A DNA stretch of 55,785 nucleotides, counting the filler, from Dimargaris cristalligena (Eukaryota), in the NCBI GenBank assembly GCA_003614675.1. It is 3 parts of 3 records of this genome, joined end to end, with 100 filler letters (N's around TTAATTAATTAA, not from the genome) between each part and the next. Parts side by side here need not be neighbours in the genome. Positions count along the whole stretch, not along the records: positions 37,287 to 55,785 come from ML002765.1; 2 more parts are not named here. One strand, 5' to 3'. Of the stretch, positions 47,016 to 55,785 are shown piece after piece. Positions within the stretch are counted from its first letter, which is position 1; each line of letters starts with the position of its first letter. The notes under the pieces are model-generated. The model was not told the DNA's origin, made no database searches, and worked only from the letters and a program-made list of their open reading frames with translations. The translations under genes were made by a program, and so were the position numbers.

Positions 47016-50000
47016 GGGGAGAGAGAGAGAGAGAGGGCGGTGTATTTTATTTTTTGTATTTTGCGTGTATCATCCATGGTTGGCATGGTATTCTGTGACT
47101 CCATTTTAGGCATCGCCTCTCCCTCTTCCCCGAGGCCACTGCCAACAAGGTCTCTTTTATTCAATCCAATCCCTTTTCGTATTTCTATTTTTACTTACGC
47201 GTGGATCCTACCATTCACTCCTGAAATAGGTAGCCTGTATCCCTTCTGACTTAATCCGTATTTTTTCTCATAAACTGATCGGTTCAAACCATACCCTTGC
47301 CATCATTGAAACCGGCTATCATTAGTTTGGCCCTAATTTCTCACACACGTTAAACAACCACTTACAGTGTAACTTGTCACCTCCAATTCCCCATCTACGG
47401 AACGGTTAGGCGGCAGATGTTATCGTTTAACGAGCTAATAATAAGTAGCAAGAACAGCCACGATAGTGACACACACCACCTTGGCCGCCTGGCCCGCGGG
47501 GACTGGCCAAGGGAGTGAGGGATCGCCCATCCCAAATCATCATGGACTGGATCTCACTATTCAGGGGTTTCCCAAACGCCGGTTACGAGTGTGGAGAGGA
47601 AGAGGGCGGTAGGGGACTCTATGTCATCGTGTGACATTCTAAAAATGGCTGAGGCCAGAACAATAGAATCTGCAAGTGCCGACAAACTAGGCCAACAACC
47701 CCCTTCTTTCCTCCTGTCCATTATTTACTCCACCAACCCATAATTGGCCTGCCAACCTGACCAAGTAGCATGTCACTACTACGTACGGCCAGGGCGCCTC
47801 TTTCAGTTGGTTGTAACTGGTACGAAAATGGGAACCACTGATATGGGCAATCATGCCCTCTAAACCTTCCTCCGGTTCCGACACCAACGGTTCCTTTTCA
47901 CATTGGCTAGCCACCGTCGATTTCCCACCTCAAGTAATAAATACTTACGTTTAATCATAAGGTAGGTTAGGTTGGGGACAAACAAGAAGAGGTTCGGTGG
48001 TAGGCGCCACTATAAAATTGTAATAGTAGTAGAAGTCGAATGCTAAAAATAGAGTCCGCGAGAAATGATTAACCAACTAAAAGGGCCTCTAGTGGCTTTT
48101 TTTAACTCGGGCTGACGTTCTACCCTGGGATTAGCCCGAAGCACTCTCATACACATACATATACACACCTGTACACTTGGTGAATCCATCACCACCTCCC
48201 CATTACCCTTACTTTTCCTAATCCCAGGTGATTCAGGAATAACGAGGTCGTTTGTAGGCTGTAAAAATGGGAAGGTGCCTAAGGGCGACACCCAGAATAC
48301 GTTACTCGTCGGGGCTGGTTCGGGGTTAGGATTTAGTAGGCTAAACTAAGCCCTATAACGTGGTGGCGAGTGAGTTTAAAGAAAGGGTCAATCAATGGAC
48401 CTGCGCGGCTGGCGAATGAAATGCACTTCCATTGAGGTAAACTAAAAACGCCCTGTTTCCCAAACCCCGGCCGCGCACAGGGCGGTAAACTAAGGTACCC
48501 TGCGGATATGTCCGCAGGACTTTGCTGTAGTGGCTGAATCAGAGAACTGCAGTAGGATACGGTGCCGACTTCAACCTGAAGAGGGAAAGGGAGGGGAGTG
48601 AGGGGGGGGGACAATGGCCACCTGGCCCATCCCTCAAGTTCGTCGATTATGGTATACGGTAGCCCATAGGTAGACCAGAGACTGGGTGTGAAAAAAATAA
48701 TACTTTTATTAGGGGTTGGCAATGACCCCCCCCCTCAAATACAGACTCTGTAGTAAGGGCGGTCAGGTCACTGGTAAGCCCACGTCAACATTCGATTTCC
48801 GTCTCTCTCCCCCCAACAGATCAATCCTATTCATCCGATGGGAAATGCAAGTAAATACTTTGGAATAATGTTTGGTGTATGCCAGGGAGTTTACTGGAAC
48901 ATGCAACCGATATTATGATGGACGGGGTTGATGGGGATGGCTGGATATGGCTATATGGAGCGAACAAAGAGAAGGTCAAAAAAACTGCCGACGTGTGGCG
49001 GGACCAAACATAGTTGGGAATTGTAATGCCAGAACTTATGGTGGAAGAAGGTAGGAGGGACGCGGGTGGGGTTCATTGCGGGGACCTCCTAACTAACCCT
49101 ATAGCCGCCCGGTAAACGTAAGTCCGATGAGCCTGGTCTCGATCCCCTTAACCAATTACTCTTCAATCGAAACAGGCGGTGTGAAAAGTCTAGTTGAGTC
49201 GGGGTTAGGCTAGTGACGTCTCCAGTTTCGATTTAGCAGTGCCAATATAGCGGGTTAGCTTCAATGGCCCAGCCCGCCAAGTCTTTTCTAAATCTAGCAT
49301 GCGGAGTGCGTATTCAAGGCTGACGGACGGGATCGTCGTTCGTAGATTCATGCTATAATTTCGCCCGTCATACTGCCGGTTTGTTGAATAAGATAGACAC
49401 TACCACCGAGAATTTTTATCAGAAGCTATATAGGGAGATTGGCCCAATATACACTGGGACTGGAGACCATTGCCCACCTCCCCCCCCTTTTTCCTGCACC
49501 TGTGGGATGCAGTGGGGTACCTCTCTATTACGCACTCTAGGTAGGATTAGACGACCAGCGACCGCATGGATATATGTTTTATTTCCGCAGGGTGGCCGAA
49601 ACACGGTGACCCTGGAGTAGATGACGATTGACCGGCACTTAAACTAAACTGCACAGATAAAATAAATAGGCTGAGGATAAATGGCGGAATCGGATGACCT
49701 GCATCCCTCAGTCTATTTTAAGAAATATTATCATCCCCCTCCTAACCCCCCTTATCCTACACCCACTCCCATATACACAAATGGACATGTAAACCTTTAA
49801 TGTTTTCTTCGAGTCGCCCAGACTAACGTCCATGTGCATAAATTGGGACGTGCCGTAAGGGCAAGGTGAACTTAGCTGCTGGGAAATGCCAAGCAAAGCG
49901 TGGGGCATGTGAATAATAGTGGGCCGCAACACTAGCGGTGGAGGTTGTGCAGCGTGGGCTGCAAAAATATAATTACGAGCGGTCCTAGAGTCTCAATATT

Positions 50001-50757
50001 GGTGAATTGCGGCTGTTCAGCCCCCTTTACTATCATTACTATTGCGGCCATCTAATTGAGCCGCGGACCCCATTTGCCTACACCAGTCAGTGGTCATTTC
50101 CCGCCACAAATGATACCACAAGGCCAAATATATATATATAGTAGAAGAAGACTTAGAAACAGGAAGAGGCAAAAAGGGCCTCGTGCGAACCTGATCGCTA
50201 AACAATCAATCACCGTCGGAATCCTTATTTTGGGATGGGATTCGTCGATAAAAATAGGTGTTTCCTATCAACTTAATAGGAAGAGGCCCGTAAATATCCG
50301 CATCGGCGGAAACAGACCTACCTGGCTGGCCACAGCTGGAAAGGTGACGAGGCGGAGAAAAGTAAAAATAAATAACACTAGGTTGAACTATTGGTTCCCG
50401 AAACGGAGTGATGGAATTCTGACGGACTCCCCCATAGGCAACTTTCGCATAGGAGTGCGGATAGTAGCAGAGGTACGTGTCGGTGGGGGAAGTAAAGTAC
50501 CCAAGTTTTGGCCGTTCTAATCTCTATATTCCGCAGGCGTACACTGATGGAGACTGTTAAGGCAGAGGGCACTGTATACTTCCCCTCCTCTAAACCGAAG
50601 TCACAGGGCCAAAAATATTCCCCATGGGAAAGTACGGCACAGTTAGTAGTGCCGAGCCCAAATAATCCCAATCCAGTCTGTCATAGACGCAGCCAAGACG
50701 CCCATGACCCACAGTTGGCTAACATTAACTGGTAGGATCATAGGGGGGATGCCGGCA

Positions 50758-50764
50758 TATAAAA
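50758..50764 (+). promoter_or_regulatory. Probable TATA box of the hevein-repeat gene
   Basis: TATAAAA about 185 nt upstream of ATG 50944, followed by a pyrimidine/CA-rich leader. Confidence 0.55.
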
Positions 50765-50943
50765 GCCCGTGGCCGCGCCCTTCTCGTTTCACCATCATCA
50801 ACATCATCATCACTTCCTCTCTCTCCCAACAGCATTCACCTGTTAGCCTTACCCAACCTTCTTCGCTTAGATTTCGGACACTTCGGCCAATTTCAACTCC
50901 CCTTAACCTTTTACTCTCACTCCCCATTTCCCCAACTATCACA

Positions 50944-52229
50944 ATGGTTCGCTTCGTTACTGCTCTGACCCTCATGGCCCTCGCGGCTCCCCTTCTCGTT
51001 TTGGCCCAAGGCTCGCTTCCCGGCGGTGGTAAGTAATATACATAGCCATTCTCTGCTTGTACCCAAACCAGCTCTTCGCTGCCCAACTTCAGATCCGATC
51101 CAAGTGGATCATTGTTGTCAGAAACCGCGTCACCAGTGTTACGAAGTAATATATTTTTAAATACTTACCCCGATGCCAATCCGGTTTATCTATTGTAAAT
51201 TGATTATATTCGACGATTTTAGGATGCGATGCCACTCACCCTTGTGCGGCCGGCCAATGCTGTAGCCAGTGGGGCTGGTGTGGTACCGGAAGCGCCTTCT
51301 GCGGTAGCAGCCCTCAGCCCTCCAACACCTCGGCTCCCCCCACCAACCCCACCAATGTTTCCACTGACGGTTCTTGTGATGCTAACAAGACTTGCCCCGG
51401 CAGCCAGTGCTGCAGCAAATGGGGCTATTGTGGTGCTGGCGATAGTTTCTGCGGAGCTGGTTGCCAAAACGGCCCTTGCTCCGGCGGTGGCAACCCCCAG
51501 CCCACCAACACCTCGGCTCCCCCCACCAATCCTACCAACGTTTCCACCGACGGCACTTGTGGTGCTAACAAATCCTGCCCCGGTAGCCAATGCTGTAGCC
51601 AGTGGGGCTGGTGCGGTGTAGGTGACGGCTTCTGCGGTACCGGTTGCCAGAACGGCCCTTGCTCCGGCGGCAGCAACCCTCAGCCCACGAACACTGCTAC
51701 TTCCGTGCCTCCCACCAACCCGACCAACGTTTCCACCGATGGTACTTGCGGTGCTAACAAATCCTGCCCTAATAGCCAGTGCTGTAGCCAGTGGGGCTGG
51801 TGCGGTGTAGGTGACGGCTTCTGCGGTACCGGTTGCCAAAACGGCCCCTGCTCGGGCGGTGGCAACCCCCAACCCACCAACACCGCCACTTCGGTGCCTC
51901 CTACGAACCCCACCGATGTCTCGACCGATGGTTCTTGCGGTGCTAACAAGACCTGCCCGGGTAGCCAGTGCTGTAGCAAGTGGGGATATTGCGGTGTTGG
52001 CGATGGTTTCTGCGGAACTGGTTGCCAGAACGGTCCTTGCTCCGGCGGTAGCAACCCCCAGCCCACCAACACCTCCGCTCCTCCTACCAACCCCACTCCT
52101 ACCCCCACCCCGACTAACGGCGGTAGCGGCTCCTCCGACGGTTCTTGCAGCGCCACTAAGCCCTGCCCGGCCGGCCAGTGCTGCAGCAAATGGGGCTGGT
52201 GTGGTACCGGTGCTTCCTTCTGCTCTTAA
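50944..52229 (+). CDS. Secreted chitin-binding protein with six hevein (CBM18) domains (363 aa, 2 exons)
   Basis: Exons 50944-51028 and 51223-52229. Signal peptide MVRFVTALTLMALAAPLLVLA; six CxxxxxCxxx(x)CCSxWG(W/Y)CGxGxxFC modules separated by P/T/N-rich linkers; no catalytic domain. Confidence 0.95.
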
Positions 52230-53372
52230 ATAGATGCACCACCCTTTCTTAGCTGTATTAGAAAGGAATCTCGTTGTCACCCTTCGTCTGCTATGTTGGC
52301 GATCGGTGTACCTTCTACTTCCTGCTGATCATCAGGATTCACCCCACTTTACATATTTCTTAAATGATCACATTGCCCTACCATACTTTAGTAACCTTTA
52401 ATACTCCTATTGGGCTTTGCTAATAGATGTTTCTATACGCCACCGAAGCGTTTTGTGTCCATTCGTGTTTATATCCCCCGTCTGTCCGTATGTTTATATG
52501 TCCATAGCCTACCTAGTTTTTTTTTTCAGTTTTTAGTTATCACTGCCAATATTCGGCGTCTTTTTGATTTTTCTATATACTACACCTTAGCGCTCTGTTC
52601 TATAGCATTCATTATATCATAACAAACTCCCAGTAAATATTGCTTATCAAAAATTGGCCCGAGAGATACATGTTGACCATAGGAAGTAGTTTTGATGTTT
52701 TTTTCTGACCATATTGCTAAATGGCTTCTATGGTCATTGGTAGGCCCATTTAATTAGAAAAGTGGCAGGCATTTGGTGCATATAACTCATGAAAAGCAGA
52801 AAGGGAATGAGGCGGGAGTGGCGCAGTTGACAGAAGGAATGCGAATGTTCTATTATTCACAACACCCTTTTTACACAGTCAAATGACACCAATGGGGGAT
52901 TTCCATATGTCTAGTAGAGTACAACAGCGTCATTATAAGTGGCTGGTTTGAACTTATTTGGCCCTAGTTATGATATTAGTTTACGGTTGGCCAAAGGCCC
53001 GCAGCGAATCGAGAATATCAAATGACCTAAGCCTTCCTTCCTTTTATAATACAGTCCTCCAGGTGGGGCGAAGAAGGAGGGGGATACGAGTGGACAGTAG
53101 CGGGGCACTGCTTCTGTTTGTAGACATTAATTTGGTGGGTGGGTAAAGTAACAGACTAAACTGACTGGAAAGCCCATTATTCCAGGCCAGCCTAAAAGGT
53201 ATTTTATGTATACGCCATTCGAGAATAGTCGTATAGTGTAGTAGTAGTAGTCATCAAGGGGGTTGTTATATTACAGGACAGGGGAGGGCTGGGGCTTCTT
53301 CCCCTCGTGCGCCTTGGGCTGAAACCGGGGCCACAGTGTATAAGGTGGATGATGGAAGCTACTAGATCAACC

Positions 53373-53378
53373 TATAAA
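53373..53378 (+). promoter_or_regulatory. Possible TATA box of the p23/SBA1 gene
   Basis: TATAAA about 240 nt upstream of ATG 53612, followed by a CT-rich leader. Confidence 0.4.
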
Positions 53379-53611
53379 TTCCCCCACCTCTCCCTTACCT
53401 ATGGCCAAGGTTCCAAACCGCCTCTTCCCACCAGCGCAAACCACGTCGATCTGCTTACTTTCTCGATCCCCTTCCTCTTCTCTCCCCGGCTCGCCTGCAC
53501 AAAACTAACTATATATTCTCGCCTGCATTTATTCCTTTGGCTGAAGTCAGTGTATCTTAACTCCGCTCATCCCTCCTTTATTGCCATTCCTTTTTGAGTT
53601 CCTTATAAACA

Positions 53612-54560
53612 ATGGCCACTTCCACTACGTAAGTAACCCTTAATCTACGAGATTACCCTGCTTGGCCCGAAAGCCCCTTCTTCCATTACTGATCGACTTA
53701 CTCTGCTTAGGTGCAAAGGTCCGACTTCTCTTCCTGTATGCTCCGCCCCATGCATTGATATGCCGTGGGTTTCTCAGGACGGGTAAAACTGGCTGTAGCC
53801 CCCACCTTCCCAAACCATGGTGTGTGCCTCCCGGCACTAAAGGTTACACCCCCTAACTCCTTTTCTACAACCGGCCTTTTTTCTTTTAAAATTTACCACT
53901 AATATTTATATTTTTAAATTTACATTTCTACCTACCTACTCCCTGTGTGATCCGTCTTTCCGTTCGAGTAGCCGTCACCCCGAAGTCCTCTGGGCCCAGC
54001 GCTCCGATGTCATCTATCTGACCATCAACCAGCCTGACGTCAGCGTCAAAGTCCTGGAAATCACCCCCACTAACATCAAATTCGAAGGCGTCAACGACCA
54101 GACCACCTATTCCTTTGACTTAGATTTTTTCGCCGAAATCGACCCCGAGGCCTCCAAGAAATCCGTAAGCGCCCGGTCCATCTTCTTGATCCTCGCCAAG
54201 AAGGACCAGGAAGAGCCTTACTGGCCCCGTCTGCAGAAGGTCAAGGGTAAGCTCAGCTACCTCAAGACCGATTTCGGCAAGTGGAAGGATGAAGATGACG
54301 ACGATGAGGAAGAGGCTGGCGCCGGCGGTGCTGGCGGTATGCCCAACTTCGACGGTATGGATTTTTCGTCCATGGCCGGCGGTGCGGGCGGTATGCCCGA
54401 TTTCAGCTCGATGGCCGGTATGGGCGGCCTGGGTGGTATGGGCGGTATGCCAGGTATGCCCGACTTTAGCAACATGGGCGGCGATATGGGCGACGACTTG
54501 TCCGACAGCGATGGCAACGACGATGTCGAAGAAGCCGAAGAGATCAAGAAGGCCGACTAA
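53612..54560 (+). CDS. SBA1: Hsp90 co-chaperone p23 (Sba1/Wos2), 201 aa, 2 exons
   Basis: Exons 53612-53628 and 53972-54560. RHPEVLWAQR, YWPRL and LKTDFGKWKDEDD motifs; Gly/Met-rich then acidic tail. Confidence 0.95.
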
Positions 54561-54886
54561 AGGTTGCCATCTCCTCCTACCGCGTATTCAAATGTACTGT
54601 GGTCCTCGGCGATTTTGAGCCGTTTATTTAGCCTTCTTCCCCAAACTGGAGGTACTCCACTCTATTAATGTACTCCTCCCCCTCACCTACCCCATATGAA
54701 CTCCCTGTGGTTTCCTTGCTTAATATTCTCTATCTCCCAATAAAGTCCGATCGACCCTGGTAAATAGTGTAGGGTCTTTGTGGATGGATATTGTTGGGTA
54801 ACTGCCCACCAGGATCATTTAGTTGACTAGGTTTTTATTACTATGCTAAGTCACCTCTTCTGCTAGACTTTCGAACTTGAGCTCCG

Positions 54887-55397
54887 TCATGTTGACTTGG
54901 AGGCCCCCTTCAATAATTCCAGCAGGCGTGGTTGATCAATCCGATGCTGCATCACGAATTTATCGTTGATATAGAGCACAGGTATATCGAATACGTATTT
55001 TTGGCAACGCGCCTGGTTCTGGGGTTGGTGAATATCAACTTCCGTCAATTCAAACGGGACCTTATAGAATAGTCCACCGCCACACCAGATATAGTAGGAA
55101 AGGTTGATAGTGGGTTTGTTAAGTAGGCGGTTAGTTAGTAGTCCACCATATATCGGGTGGGCCGAAAATAAGTAGTCGCTGGTGGGATTCCAGTATTATG
55201 GCGAAAAGGGAAGTGGGGGGCGGCGAGGCTTTCCCTCCATTTCCAGGGTTTCCTCCTTCCACGCCCCAGGGGGAGGGGGGAATTCTTTTTAGACTTACCA
55301 CTTTGCGGATCTCGAGTAAGCTGCGCTTGGCTTCTGAGCAGAGGGAACACGTTGTGGACGTAAATAGCGTCAATAGAAGTTTCCGACTTGAAGCCAT
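54887..55397 (-). CDS. Glutaredoxin-like protein (DUF836 / YDR286C / C5orf63 family), 90 aa, 2 exons
   Basis: Exons 55397-55299 and 55060-54887. LTLFTSTTCSLCSEAK (CxxC), then VPFELTEVDI, KYVFDIPVL and MQHRID. Confidence 0.9.
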
Positions 55398-55785
55398 GTT
55401 GAATGGGAATGTCGAGGCAGGGAGGTGAAGATCTTGGGGAGCGGGAGAGGTATTGTTTAGGGAAGTGGGAATGTGGACCCTGGTGGTGAAATGAGGAGGG
55501 TTGCTTTGTGGGGCTGTAGGAAACTGGAAATCAGCGGAACTTTTATCTACATGGAGACGTAGGGGTTATTCCACTTTGGGAAGTTGATAAGCTTGGTGTG
55601 TGTGTGTGTATTGGGGGAGGGTTAGCGTGCAAGGGTCAAATGGGCCCACAACTATTTGCTGCCTCCTAAGTGGTATGTGGCCCTAGGGGGGGGGGAAGGG
55701 TCATAGGTGACAGTCATTTAGTGATTGTATTGCAACCGGGGGAGGCATCCACCACTCATGGGCGAGAGGTCAGTCCTCCCCACAG

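Noticed and set aside
51354-52070. Regular 183-189-bp direct repeats that might suggest a CRISPR-like or satellite array
   Set aside because: They are in-frame protein-domain repeats with no unique spacers.
51219-52280. 353-aa antisense ORF and other alternative-frame ORFs over the hevein gene
   Set aside because: Shadow ORFs produced by GC-rich repetitive codons. The same applies to 2209-2880, 11165-11752, 18748-19434 and 43332-43658 (poly-Met frame of the GAT repeat).
52830-53230. Partial nGAAn/nTTCn heat-shock-element-like words upstream of p23
   Set aside because: Only two-unit or imperfect arrays, which cannot be told apart from background.
54320-54480. Repeated GMP(D/N)F(S/D) units in the p23 tail
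   Set aside because: Gly/Met-rich tails are a known feature of fungal and plant p23 proteins.

Overview
Eukaryotic, fungal-type genomic DNA: GT-AG introns of about 150-340 nt, microsatellites and housekeeping genes. An early-diverging lineage such as Zoopagomycota is a guess from gene style, not something the sequence shows. The window is almost certainly three unrelated contigs (18,564, 18,522 and 18,499 bp, in descending size) joined by artificial 100-bp N44-TTAATTAATTAA-N44 linkers, so no synteny can be read across 18565-18664 or 37187-37286. Contig 1 holds a Pro-rich orphan, a spliced FANCF-like gene, pyrroline-5-carboxylate reductase, an Rsc1/2-polybromo-like gene with ankyrin repeats between its two bromodomains, a YbaK-family gene and three copies of a ~142-bp TIR element (MITE-like). 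Contig 2 holds two genes truncated at the contig ends (an S/T/P-rich orphan and a probable mS38/Cox24), an orphan ORF and a candidate 35-aa smORF in a long gene-poor stretch. Contig 3 holds a secreted Cys-rich GPI-type protein, RPC19, an acidic secreted orphan, MEMO1, a secreted six-hevein-domain protein, p23/Sba1 and a glutaredoxin-like gene. The most interesting items are the FANCF-like gene, the Bromo-Ank-Bromo-BAH protein, the MITE family and the hevein-array protein. All exon models were assembled by hand from splice motifs and reading-frame continuity. All family calls come from motif recognition, with no database searches.
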